A stretch of DNA of 64,000 bases, taken from Promethearchaeota archaeon. GTDB lineage: Archaea > Asgardarchaeota > Lokiarchaeia > Sigyniarchaeales > SOKP01. The DNA lies in NCBI GenBank assembly GCA_048941015.1, contig JBHLNZ010000009.1:1-64000 (forward strand), in the 5' to 3' direction. A program made the translations under genes and the position numbers. The notes below the pieces were generated by a model that was given only the letters and a program-made list of their open reading frames with translations, had not been told where the DNA came from and ran no database searches. The first letter of the stretch is position 1; every line of letters starts with the position of its first letter. Shown here piece after piece: positions 1 through 9,755 of this stretch.

Positions 1-270
1 TAATAATAATTCCAAAAATAGATAGAATAAAATAATTGCTATAGAGATTATTATCTTTTTCTGTTCCTTTTCCTTAAAATACCCTACTAAAGTAATAGCA
101 AAAGGAATTATCAGGAGAATTACAATGAAACCAGCAACTTGCAGGAGTTCCATATTACCGACTATTGTAGCAATATATACAATACTTACTGAGATGTTGA
201 AAATAATAGAAGAAGTAATGAAAATAATATCCATCAATTTACCTAAACTAAAAGAGTTTGACTTGCTCAT
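1..270 (-). CDS. Membrane protein, partial (runs off window start)
   Basis: Hand-translated from ATG at 270: MSKSNSFSLGKLMDIIFITSSIIFNISVSIVYIATIVG...IIISIAIILFYLFLELLL. Open to base 1, about 3 hydrophobic segments, 40 bp downstream of the GRE on the same strand. Confidence 0.75.
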   Translation of the reverse strand, partial: MSKSNSFSLGKLMDIIFITSSIIFNISVSIVYIATIVGNMELLQVAGFIVILLIIPFAITLVGYFKEKEQKKIIISIAIILFYLFLELLL

Positions 271-310
271 AACAATTCCCACCATTTTCTATCAAATTAT
301 AAATATTATA

Positions 311-2893
311 TTAAATTATCATATGTTCTGTTCTTGAAATGACCTCATCTTGAATTTCTTTTCCTAAGTCAGTGAAATAAGCAGAATACCCTCCAACTTT
401 GACGATTATGTTTCTATATGGTTCTGGGTTTTTTTGAGCCGCTTTTAATACTTCTGTAGATACAACAGTGGGTTGGAGTTGTTGACCTCCAAGAGTAAAG
501 TAAGTTTTTAGGAGAGAGATCCATTTTTTTCTAGTTTCTTCCGTTTTTCCAATACCAGATGGATGCATTCGAATGTTAACTGCACAGCCACAAACATGCT
601 GAAAATCAAGAGCTGCAACTGATCGCATAACACCTGTTGGCCCATTTTTTTCGACATTATAAGGATTGCAGCTTGCTGCAAAGGGTTTCCCTGCAAGTCT
701 ACCATCTGGTGTTGCAATACCAATTCGTCCATCATACGTGTGAGACGTCATAGATATGACAAATGGGGCATAAACTCCCCCTCGATACGTTTTATATTTA
801 TAAGTTTCTTCAAATATTCTTGTAGTAACTTCTCGAGCGAGTTCATCACATTCAGGGTTACCATTTCCCCATTTTCCTTCAAGATCCATAATGAGTTTAT
901 GGATACTTTGATACTCATCAGTGAAATTGCTATCAATCGCCTTTATTAAATCATTAAAGTTGAACTTTTTTTGCTCAAAGATGAGTTTCTTTATTACATA
1001 TAATGAATCAACCATATTTGCAATACTATTCATTATAAGTATTCCTTCTGCATCGTAAAAAGCGCCTCCTTTAGTAATATCTTTTTTGTTTTTAAAGCAT
1101 CCTCGCATGAATGCAGAAATAAAGGGTGCTGGAAAATAATTCGCGAATAATTTATCACGTATAGTAGTAGCTTCTACAATTGTTTTAATAACAAAATCTA
1201 GTTGCTGGTACAATGCATTGAGAAAATCTTCGAATGTTTCAAAGTTATCTGGATCTCCTGTCTTCAATCCTACATTATTTACTAAACCTCCAATTGTTAA
1301 ACAGTTGCCATTGCGAAGAGTCATATCGAGTGTTCTACACAATAAAAGAGCTGAAAAACCAATTCCTCCTGTTTTTCCAGGACTACACATGTCTACACAG
1401 CCAGTTATTGAATATGCATTTGCATCTCTTTCTTTAATACCTCTCTTTTTTAATGCTTCAACACATATATTATCATTAAGTACAGATAAACTAGAATATC
1501 CATTGGAATGAAGTTCAGCTACTTTCATATATAATTCTTCAGGTGTTTTATCATGAAAACGAACAGCAAAATTGAGAGACGCTTTAGATATATCTGCTGC
1601 TTCTAATATTAAATAAGTAAGCTCATTTGTTGCATCTTCTCCCTCTTCATTTAACCCTCCTATTGTTACTGGTTCTGAACCCTCAAATCGTTGGCTAAAA
1701 TCACTCACAGCATTGGAATACGGACGTATATTATGACTCATTATATTTAAAACTAACTCTTCAAGTATTTCTCTCGCTTCTTCTCGAGTGATAAGACCTT
1801 TTTTAATATCTGAATAGTAAAAAGGATAGAGAAGTTGATCTAAGCGACCAGGGCCATGCACATTAAAGGGGATGGCTAAATCTACTGTATTTTTAACAAT
1901 CCAAAATGTCTGCACTGCTTCACGAAAAGTGGTGGGAGGAGAATTTGGGATTCGCTTACATGCATTATACATCTCTGATAATACTTTTTTTCTTTGACCA
2001 TTACTAGTTTTATCTAATTCTTCTTTTACCTCTTCAGCTAATCTACGAGCATAAATCAATACCGCTTCAAGAGTTATTTCAATAGATCGAAAGAAATCTT
2101 TTTGTTCATTGGTTAAATCTTTATTCGATTCTAATTCATCCTGAATTTCTTTCTGTATAATTAAAAGTCCCTTTTTTAGGACAGTTTCAAAATCAAGAAC
2201 TAGATGACCTTGCCATACACCAATCACCGCACAGGGGGATATAACTATATCATTTTGAGCAGTTTTCAGAGGTAAATGAGATAAAAACTCATATGCTTCA
2301 CCTGTATATACCCCAGAATTAGCATATTCTTTCTCTAGAATATCTGCGAGTGTTTTATTCTTCCAATAAGAAATAAGTTCTTCTAATAGAATCTTTTTAT
2401 CTTCTTCTCGAATTTGATATGGATTAATTTTTCTTTTATCAAGAGTTTCAGTTCCTAGAGTGGTAATCGGAGCATTAATTTTTTTTGTTTTTTCAAGTAA
2501 TTCAAGAAGGCCATCAGGTCCAATTTTGTTTATCATATATGCCATGTAATTCTTGTTACTTTCTTTCATGTATTTATTCATAGTTTTTTCATCGAGTTCA
2601 ATTTCAAAAACTCTATTCCAAATTCCACGCTCAATGTCAACCGGTATTCCAATAAAATTTTCTGTCCATTTTCCAGCAATTCGATCATCAGGGTCTATAT
2701 AGATAGTCATATTTTCAAGAACATTCTTCATAGAAAGTGCAACTCTTACACCAAGAGGTTGCCCCTTATTTTCAGTTTCCTTCCATTTTTCTGTATAAAG
2801 TTGAGCTCTTTCTATCGAGATCAAAGGAATCTCATCAAGCAGTCTCCTCCTTATTCTCTTGATTCTCTCACTCGCATTATCAACAAATTCCAT
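311..2893 (-). CDS. Glycyl radical enzyme (PFL2/eliminase-like family)
   Basis: 860 aa. C-terminal Gly-radical motif IVKVGGYSAYF, Cys loop ITGCVD, GRLDQ, KWGN and ATPDGR motifs. GGAGG RBS upstream. Confidence 0.93.
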   Translation of the reverse strand: MEFVDNASERIKRIRRRLLDEIPLISIERAQLYTEKWKETENKGQPLGVRVALSMKNVLENMTIYIDPDDRIAGKWTENFIGIPVDIERGIWNRVFEIELDEKTMNKYMKESNKNYMAYMINKIGPDGLLELLEKTKKINAPITTLGTETLDKRKINPYQIREEDKKILLEELISYWKNKTLADILEKEYANSGVYTGEAYEFLSHLPLKTAQNDIVISPCAVIGVWQGHLVLDFETVLKKGLLIIQKEIQDELESNKDLTNEQKDFFRSIEITLEAVLIYARRLAEEVKEELDKTSNGQRKKVLSEMYNACKRIPNSPPTTFREAVQTFWIVKNTVDLAIPFNVHGPGRLDQLLYPFYYSDIKKGLITREEAREILEELVLNIMSHNIRPYSNAVSDFSQRFEGSEPVTIGGLNEEGEDATNELTYLILEAADISKASLNFAVRFHDKTPEELYMKVAELHSNGYSSLSVLNDNICVEALKKRGIKERDANAYSITGCVDMCSPGKTGGIGFSALLLCRTLDMTLRNGNCLTIGGLVNNVGLKTGDPDNFETFEDFLNALYQQLDFVIKTIVEATTIRDKLFANYFPAPFISAFMRGCFKNKKDITKGGAFYDAEGILIMNSIANMVDSLYVIKKLIFEQKKFNFNDLIKAIDSNFTDEYQSIHKLIMDLEGKWGNGNPECDELAREVTTRIFEETYKYKTYRGGVYAPFVISMTSHTYDGRIGIATPDGRLAGKPFAASCNPYNVEKNGPTGVMRSVAALDFQHVCGCAVNIRMHPSGIGKTEETRKKWISLLKTYFTLGGQQLQPTVVSTEVLKAAQKNPEPYRNIIVKVGGYSAYFTDLGKEIQDEVISRTEHMII

Positions 2894-3196
2894 AATATTT
2901 TACCTCCACAAAAAATAAACAGTTAGGCTTTTCAGTTTAAAATAACAAAAAGTAATATATTTTATTTAAATCAATTAAAAACTATAAAGAAGGAATATTT
3001 ATAATTTGCTATTTTTAAGAAGTTAAGAGTATATAGAAAGAAGAATTAAAGTATACAGGTGATTAATTATCACTTTTTAGAGAAGAAGATATAAAAAATA
3101 ACAGCAGATAAAAGATATTAAATAAAATATTAAGGAAAGATTATAAAATGAGAATATTCCTCTTAAAATTATAGAATTAAGAGATTCTTATTTATT

Positions 3197-4015
3197 ATGG
3201 AAGATAAAATAATTCTGATCTCAGGCTCCACGGATGGTATAGGTTATAAAACAGCAATTGAGCTTGCTAAATCTGGTTATCATGTGATTATTCATGGAAG
3301 AAATCAAGAAAAGGCTCAAAAAACTATGAAAAACGTGATAAAAGAATCCAGTAGTAATAAAGTTAGTAGTGTATATGCTGATCTAGGTTCTTTCACTCAA
3401 ATAAAAGAAATGGTCAAAGATATCAATGATCGTTTTGATAAGTTAGATGTATTGATTAATAATGCGGGAGTTATTCGACCAGAGCGGAAATTAACCCAAG
3501 AAGGATTAGAAGAAACTTTTGCAATAAATTATGTTGCTCCGTTTCTGATTACTAATCTACTATTGGATACACTAAAAAAGGCTCAATCAAGTAGAATAGT
3601 AAATGTTGTCTCTCGTGTCCAGTCAAACCATTTGGATTTCAATGATCTACAGTTTGAGAACGGTTATACTGGAGTAAAAGCTTATGCTCGCTCAAAAACA
3701 GCTCTGATTTTATTTACCTATCAATTCGCAGATAAATTAAAAGATACTAATATTACAGTAAATTGTCTTCATCCGGGAGTTATTAATACAAAATTGTTGA
3801 GAACTACTTATGGGACATATGGCGCACCACTAATAGAAGGAGCTAAAACCTTAATTTTCGCTGCTACAGCACCAGAATTAGAAAATATTAGTGGAAAATA
3901 TTTTGTAAATAATCACTCTCAACTTTCAAAAGATATTACTTATAATAAAGAGATTCAGAGAAAACTCTGGAAGAAAACCGAAGAGATTGTTGGTATTGAA
4001 TTTAAAGATTTTTGA
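3197..4015 (+). CDS. Short-chain dehydrogenase/reductase (retinol-DH-like)
   Basis: SGSTDGIG, LINNAG, YARSK (YxxxK), LHPG motifs. Confidence 0.93.
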   Translation: MEDKIILISGSTDGIGYKTAIELAKSGYHVIIHGRNQEKAQKTMKNVIKESSSNKVSSVYADLGSFTQIKEMVKDINDRFDKLDVLINNAGVIRPERKLTQEGLEETFAINYVAPFLITNLLLDTLKKAQSSRIVNVVSRVQSNHLDFNDLQFENGYTGVKAYARSKTALILFTYQFADKLKDTNITVNCLHPGVINTKLLRTTYGTYGAPLIEGAKTLIFAATAPELENISGKYFVNNHSQLSKDITYNKEIQRKLWKKTEEIVGIEFKDF

Positions 4016-4140
4016 TATAATTATCACTATAATACTGGAGCAAATTTCATTCCATTAAGAAGATTTTTAACAAATAAAAAAAATATTAAAATATACATAG
4101 GATAATTAGTGAAATTAGCACCTAACAGTCGTAAATGTAG

Positions 4141-4272
4141 TTAATCACAACAATTTTCAGTAGTTTTTGTATCTATTTTATGATCGCTTTCGCTAGAGGT
4201 CATACAATCGCAAGAACACATGGGACAACAAATGGGTTCCTTATTTTTTACTTGGTTAGTTTCATCATACAT
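4141..4272 (-). CDS. Cys-rich microprotein (43 aa, 7 Cys), metallothionein-like
   Basis: Hand-translated MYDETNQVKNKEPICCPMCSCDCMTSSESDHKIDTKTTENCCD*. Strong AAGGAGG RBS upstream. Below the ORF track cutoff. Confidence 0.7.
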   Translation of the reverse strand: MYDETNQVKNKEPICCPMCSCDCMTSSESDHKIDTKTTENCCD

Positions 4273-4427
4273 TTTCTTATTTCCTCCTTATTTTTGCTTT
4301 ATTTCAAAAAGTTAAAATCAATAGATTTTTAACAAATTACTATCTATTATATATTAAGTATAAATTGTAAAGTATTTAAATTAACAAGTGTATAATACCA
4401 TAGTAAGTAAATTTGTGGTGATTTACT

Positions 4428-4787
4428 ATCAAAGTAAATACTGAGGAAAATTGTACAAGTGAAAGTGAAAATGAAATTTGCTTTTGCCCGATTGAAGGTA
4501 TTATTGAAGTTATAAGTAAAAAATGGGCACTAGTAATTATTGGTACAATAAGTAATCATAAAAGAATCAGATTTAATGAACTTATAAATGAATTACATGG
4601 AATAAGTCCTAGAACCTTATCCATAAGATTAAAAGAATTAGAAAATGCAGAACTTATAAAAAGAGAAAATTTCGCAGAAATCCCACCGAGAGTTGAATAT
4701 ACATTAACTCAAGATGGCATGGAAGTAAGAGACGCTATGAGACCTCTCATGAAATGGGCTCATAAAAAGCAAATCAACCAAACGTAG
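4428..4787 (+). CDS. HxlR-family winged-helix transcriptional regulator (non-canonical ATC start inferred)
   Basis: Not in ORF track. CFCPIEGIIEVISKKW...RFNEL...GISPRTLSIRLKELE...LIKRE.FAEIPPRVEYTLT.DG is the classic HxlR signature. In-frame TGA at 4419 lies inside the GGTGA RBS. Confidence 0.9.
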   Translation: MKVNTEENCTSESENEICFCPIEGIIEVISKKWALVIIGTISNHKRIRFNELINELHGISPRTLSIRLKELENAELIKRENFAEIPPRVEYTLTQDGMEVRDAMRPLMKWAHKKQINQT

Positions 4788-4805
4788 AATAATGGTTCCA
4801 TTGAC

Positions 4806-4916
4806 TTAAAATTCTTGGTTCCCTCTTTTACAACCTCTAATTGCTTTTTCATTACTTTCAATTAACTTCTCAACCCAGATCTCAAAGTAAAACATTTTGA
4901 TTGGCAAAAAATTTAT
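4806..4916 (-). pseudogene. Remnant C-terminus of an Lrp/AsnC regulator paralogue
   Basis: INFLPIKMFYFEIWVEKLIESN...* matches the C-terminus ISFVPIKMFYFENWIDRLIKDN of the 7983..8957 regulator. The 5' part is missing. Confidence 0.65.
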
Positions 4917-5014
4917 AATGAAAACAATGAAGAAGTGTATAGATCGACGCGTTCTAAAAGAAGAAATTCATAACCAAGCATATCCATTTAACATTAAAAA
5001 AAGTAAGAAATTTT

Positions 5015-6325
5015 TTAGTTTAAGTAAATCTCGATCTGTCTTTTTTTTATTAATATTAAACATACTAAACTAAATATGACAACAAAGATAAAAATATTTC
5101 CAAAAGGAATTGCTGGTCTTGGACCTTCAGGAAGTTCGTTATAGAAAAGATAGATGTTAAAATCTCTGCAAGCTGCAGCAATATAAGCGCCATCTGCTGA
5201 TATAGCCATGCAATTAATTTCTCCTCCAGTTGTAAAATTGAAGAGGGGCGTAGACTGCGTATTTTTGAATACGTAAATATTATAATTTAGAGTTCCTGCT
5301 GCTATATAATTGCCATTATCTGAGATTGCAATAGTTTGCGGGTAATTGTTTTCTCCTATTTGTCCTCCTGCCGTAAAGTTCCATAAGGGTGTCGAATTTG
5401 ATTTTCCAAAGAGATAAATATTATTATCTTGTCCTCCTGCTGCTATATAATCACCATCATGATCGATAGCCACGCTGTAAATAGTTCCATCTGCTGTATA
5501 ATTCCATAATGGGGTAGAGCTTGATTTATGGAAAAGAAAAACTTTATTATTTTCTGTGCCTGCTACAATATAATTTCCATCTGCTGAAATAGCTACGGAG
5601 TTAACATAATCTGCTGCAAAATAACTCCATAATGGTGTAGAGCTAGCTTTATCAAAAAAATATACATAATTATCATTACTTCCCGCAACAATATAATTTC
5701 CATTTCCAGAAATATCTACTGACCATAACATAGCACCAGTAGTATAGGTCCACATTTCAGTTTTAAGAGGGGTAATTGAATTATTTAATAGAATTACGGT
5801 TCCATCGTATCTTGCTGCTACGATATAATTACCATCAGCTGAGATTGCCACATCATTCATAAAATTGCCTGTTGGAGAATAATCCCATATAGGTAATTTT
5901 GGGGTTGTTATCGAATTGTTAAATGCAAAAATATGCTGGTTATCACTAACAGCTGCGATATATTTGCCATCCATTGAGATATCAGAACCATAAGCGTTAG
6001 AAGATGTATCATATCTCCATAAAGGAATTTTTGAGGTAGATGCTGTCTTATTAAATAGGTAAATACCACTATCAGAAGAATGAGTACTTGCTGTAATTAA
6101 TCTACCATCACCAGATATTGCTACAGATCGAACCTCATCGCTGCATGTATAATTCCATAAAAGATTTTCGAGGCCATTACTAGACTTAATTTGATATATC
6201 TCTCTTGAATTAAAAGAATGACCATAATTTTCAAAAGCAATAGCTCCAAAATAGCTTAAAGGAGAGAAAATTAATATTAAGACTAAAATGATTAAAATCG
6301 AATTCTTTTTCATAAGATTCAACAA
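5015..6325 (-). CDS. Exported WD40/PQQ-like beta-propeller with C-terminal membrane anchor
   Basis: Signal peptide, about 8 repeats of PLWNY..V.SVAIS.DG.YI.AG, and PAIPFG + TM + KKR tail. Confidence 0.88.
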   Translation of the reverse strand: MLNLMKKNSILIILVLILIFSPLSYFGAIAFENYGHSFNSREIYQIKSSNGLENLLWNYTCSDEVRSVAISGDGRLITASTHSSDSGIYLFNKTASTSKIPLWRYDTSSNAYGSDISMDGKYIAAVSDNQHIFAFNNSITTPKLPIWDYSPTGNFMNDVAISADGNYIVAARYDGTVILLNNSITPLKTEMWTYTTGAMLWSVDISGNGNYIVAGSNDNYVYFFDKASSTPLWSYFAADYVNSVAISADGNYIVAGTENNKVFLFHKSSSTPLWNYTADGTIYSVAIDHDGDYIAAGGQDNNIYLFGKSNSTPLWNFTAGGQIGENNYPQTIAISDNGNYIAAGTLNYNIYVFKNTQSTPLFNFTTGGEINCMAISADGAYIAAACRDFNIYLFYNELPEGPRPAIPFGNIFIFVVIFSLVCLILIKKRQIEIYLN

Positions 6326-6542
6326 ATTTATTTATTAATAGTAAATATACTCATTCTATAATATAAAGTATTATCTTTAGATGAACATAAAGGAATTTGT
6401 TAGATTATTTCCAAATTATCAAATATCAAGAAAATTTAGCCTTCTTCTATAAAGAAAAGCGTGCTATCATGTCACTAATATAATAGAAATTTATTAGTAT
6501 GATCAGTCTTTTTTATTCATAATACTTAAAAAAAAGGTTCTA

Positions 6543-6830
6543 ATGAGTAAAGTAGAAAAACCATTCCTTCAAGTTCTTTTGAAAGAAGAAGAGAACTATT
6601 GCGCAAAATGCTGCAAAACTAGGCAAGTTATAGAACGAATGATTGATGCAATTCCAGTATTTAAGGAAAAAGTTGATATCGAATATGAAAATATAGAACT
6701 AAAAGAGAATATTGAGAAATATGGCAACCTTACTCCCCCTGTCGTAATAATTAATGGAATTATATTTTCAGAGGGACAGGTTCCTATTATTAAGAAACTT
6801 TCAAGTGAATTATTTAAATTAGTTAAATAG
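6543..6830 (+). CDS. Thioredoxin/glutaredoxin-like small redox protein
   Basis: CAKC motif and the YG..TPPVVIING...SEGQVP pattern. Confidence 0.8.
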   Translation: MSKVEKPFLQVLLKEEENYCAKCCKTRQVIERMIDAIPVFKEKVDIEYENIELKENIEKYGNLTPPVVIINGIIFSEGQVPIIKKLSSELFKLVK

Positions 6831-6970
6831 AATAAATTTAGCGTTAAATCCTTAATCTGCTTATTAAATATTACAGAGATCTTATTATTATTTGATTTTT
6901 TTTTTTTTAATAACTAAGTGAAGTTACAAACAAGAATAGAATTTTTAAATAAAAAAAAGAGGTAAATTAA

Positions 6971-7123
6971 ATGAATTGTCCAAATTGCGGCACAGAATTA
7001 AGTAATATTGATCAGAGGTATTGTGAATATTGCGGAACTGAATTAGTGAATATTAATGATAAAAGTAAAGAAGAATTGAATGAAAAGTTTAGTTCGGTTC
7101 GCTCTAAAAGAAATTGTTGTTAA
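6971..7123 (+). CDS. Zinc-ribbon microprotein (50 aa) ending in RSKRNCC
   Basis: Hand-translated MNCPNCGTELSNIDQRYCEYCGTELVNINDKSKEELNEKFSSVRSKRNCC*. GAGGT RBS. Not in ORF track. Confidence 0.82.
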   Translation: MNCPNCGTELSNIDQRYCEYCGTELVNINDKSKEELNEKFSSVRSKRNCC

Positions 7124-7147
7124 TATTGTTTTATCTAAAATTTAGAT

Positions 7148-7900
7148 TTAATCTATAGTTAGTTCTAAACCATCAAAAGCAGCAATTACTTCAGGAAATA
7201 ATGTTTTAGCTTCTTCCTCTGCCTTTTTCCTGTCACTAATAGTTTTATAAATGCTAGCATCAAAATGAGTTAGGATTAATCTTTTTACTTTTGATTTCAA
7301 TGCTACCTCTGCTGCTTCTTCAGGTTTGAGATGGGGCCAACCCCATTCTTCTTGCCCAGGTTTATATGAGCATTCTGTAATAAAGATGTCAGCATCTCTA
7401 GCAAGCTTATATAAATTTGGACATAAACCAGTATCAGTACAATATGTAATGATTTTATCTTCTATTTCTAATCTATATCCTAAACATGGATCAGAATGAA
7501 CAAGAAGTTTACACGTAACAGGAAATCTAATATTATGTTTACCTTCATCTAAATCGTGAATTTGAATATTTAGTGGTAATCCATCAAAGGGAGACGAATA
7601 GGGGTGCTTTATGATGAAGTTTAATCCATTAATCGTTCCTTTATAGCCATAAATCTTAATCTCCTGATTAAAATGGAATTTTGCGAACGAATGAAACCCT
7701 ATTATATGATCCAAATGAGTATGACTGAGTAATAAAGTAATTGGTTTTTCTTCAACAATGTATTGATCAATTTTGTAAATTCCATCACCCGCATCTAAGA
7801 TGATATAAAAGTCATCAGAACAAATCAATGTAGAAGTTGTATTTCCTAATTCTGTTGAATACCAACCATTAGTTCCTAAAAAGAAAATATTCAATGTCAT
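7148..7900 (-). CDS. Metallo-beta-lactamase-fold hydrolase (RNase Z-like)
   Basis: FLGT, LDAGDG, SHTHLDH, TDT, HL, LTHF motifs. Confidence 0.85.
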   Translation of the reverse strand: MTLNIFFLGTNGWYSTELGNTTSTLICSDDFYIILDAGDGIYKIDQYIVEEKPITLLLSHTHLDHIIGFHSFAKFHFNQEIKIYGYKGTINGLNFIIKHPYSSPFDGLPLNIQIHDLDEGKHNIRFPVTCKLLVHSDPCLGYRLEIEDKIITYCTDTGLCPNLYKLARDADIFITECSYKPGQEEWGWPHLKPEEAAEVALKSKVKRLILTHFDASIYKTISDRKKAEEEAKTLFPEVIAAFDGLELTID

Positions 7901-7982
7901 ACTTACGGTAGGTTTAATTTATGCAATAATAAGTTGTTCAATTAAGTATATTAAATAATTATTAAATTTTAGTTTACTTCTT

Positions 7983-8957
7983 TTAATTAGCATTATCTTT
8001 TATTAGCCTGTCAATCCAATTTTCGAAATAGAACATTTTAATTGGTACAAAACTTATAACTTCTTTAACATGTTGAATTTTTTCAATTTCTTTAACTTGA
8101 TCGTCAATCTCTCTCAACTTATTTATGAATACGGTGAATATAAATGCTTCCTGGTTAGCAACTCTCCATACATAAAAATAATTTTTTACTATTTTCATGA
8201 TTTTATTAAAAGACTCAGACGCTATTCTTTGAAATTTTACGATTAAAAGATATGATAAAAAGTCTGCTGCGCTTGTATCAAGGTCTATCATAAAAATAAT
8301 TATATTGTTTTCTCTCAAGTAGCTTAATCTCCTTTTAACAGTTCTAGGTGAGATTCCTAACTCATTTGCTATTTCTACATCAGTTTTTCTGCAGTTATCT
8401 TTAATAGAGTTAATTATTTTCCAATCTGTTTTTATTAATCTCTCTTTTTTGAAGTCTAAATCTGGAGGAATAAGTAATATAAAATTTTCTGTGTTTCTTA
8501 TCTCTTTAAATTGCATCAATTCTTCAAGATTTTTTTTAAATTCATAGTCGTCAGAATAGGTATGAATAATTTGCATCTTGTTTTGGAGCGAAATGGCTCC
8601 CCCAGTGACCGCATCTAATTTTCCAATGCGTTCGATTAATTCATGTTGATCTGTACCTCCTCTTATTTCCGCAAGAGTATAACACACCGATTTTTGAAAC
8701 ATTAAAAAATTAATATTGGTTGTAAATTTCATGATTACTCCCAGATCAACAAGATTATTAATCCTTTTTTTGATTAGGTAGGGAGTTAACTTGACTTTCT
8801 TAGCAATCGATTCATAGGACATTCTTCCGTCAAAAAGTAATAATTTAAGAATCTCTAAGTCTTTATCATCCATTTTAAGGAAAATAATTTTTTCTTTTAT
8901 ACTAATTAATGTCCATTTTTCCTTATTTACTTTTATGAAACTGTACATTTTAAACAA
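7983..8957 (-). CDS. Lrp/AsnC regulator with duplicated HTH (likely start MDDKD near 8873)
   Basis: Two HTH_AsnC modules: DKDLEILKLL..DGR.SY..IA and TDWKII..IKDNCR.T..EIANELGISPRTVKRR. Confidence 0.85.
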   Translation of the reverse strand: MFKMYSFIKVNKEKWTLISIKEKIIFLKMDDKDLEILKLLLFDGRMSYESIAKKVKLTPYLIKKRINNLVDLGVIMKFTTNINFLMFQKSVCYTLAEIRGGTDQHELIERIGKLDAVTGGAISLQNKMQIIHTYSDDYEFKKNLEELMQFKEIRNTENFILLIPPDLDFKKERLIKTDWKIINSIKDNCRKTDVEIANELGISPRTVKRRLSYLRENNIIIFMIDLDTSAADFLSYLLIVKFQRIASESFNKIMKIVKNYFYVWRVANQEAFIFTVFINKLREIDDQVKEIEKIQHVKEVISFVPIKMFYFENWIDRLIKDNAN

Positions 8958-9095
8958 AATTTATGTCTAGTTAAAGGCATTGAGATCGCCACATTCTTTA
9001 AATATTTGAAATATTTGTTGGTGCATGAGAAAAACTGAGTAGATTTATGGTGTTTTTCTTAAAAATATTAAATGATTTAAAAGGAGGTAAAAAAT

Positions 9096-9755
9096 ATGAA
9101 AGAAATAGTAATGTTATATCAAAGTAAAGACTCAAGTTGGTATAGGTCTTGGGATAAACGAAAAATAGGTTTAGCATTATTAGGTTTCATAATCATAGCT
9201 ATTTTAAACGCAATATTTACAGTATTTTTTGACATTATAATGATAAAGATAGGCTATATCTACCTATATTTTGTAATGATTTTTCTGATGACGGTAACCT
9301 ATTTCTTCTGTGTCTTTTTAAAGACAAAAGGTACAGCAACTTTCTTTTTTGGATTATGTGGGATTATAGGAATTCCCATTGAGCTTCTAATAGAGTGGCA
9401 GATAGAGAATACTTTAAAATCTCCCTGGGGAGCTGTATATTGGGCATTAATTTACATTGCTTATGGATTATCTATAGACCTATCACTATGGTTATTGAAA
9501 CCTGCCAAGAACGAGAGAACAGCAGTTTTAGTTTCTTCATTAATTTCTTCAACCAGTTTTATTATATTAAGTCTCATAACAGGGACTTTCTATAAGGATA
9601 TGGTACCTGGAGTTGATCACTTTCTCACATATGGATATTTTTTAATTCCCTATTCTATCATTCAAGGATTAATGGGGGGTTTTATTGGCTGGTATGCCGC
9701 AAATTATTTGCTTATGAAAAAGTATGAAATAAGAGGCAGCAGGAATAATGACTAA
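9096..9755 (+). CDS. Multi-pass membrane protein (possible ECF S-component-like)
   Basis: About 6 TM segments, GGAGG RBS, divergent from the Lrp regulator. Confidence 0.7.
   Translation: MKEIVMLYQSKDSSWYRSWDKRKIGLALLGFIIIAILNAIFTVFFDIIMIKIGYIYLYFVMIFLMTVTYFFCVFLKTKGTATFFFGLCGIIGIPIELLIEWQIENTLKSPWGAVYWALIYIAYGLSIDLSLWLLKPAKNERTAVLVSSLISSTSFIILSLITGTFYKDMVPGVDHFLTYGYFLIPYSIIQGLMGGFIGWYAANYLLMKKYEIRGSRNND

Noticed and set aside
125-1511. Short ORFs overlapping the GRE and the partial membrane gene (and similar antisense ORFs throughout the track)
   Set aside because: They lie inside well-supported genes on another frame or strand and have no motifs.
4413-4421. TTG-TGG-TGA as selenocysteine readthrough into HxlR
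   Set aside because: The TGA is part of the GGTGA RBS, is not at a conserved Cys position, and I recognised no SECIS.
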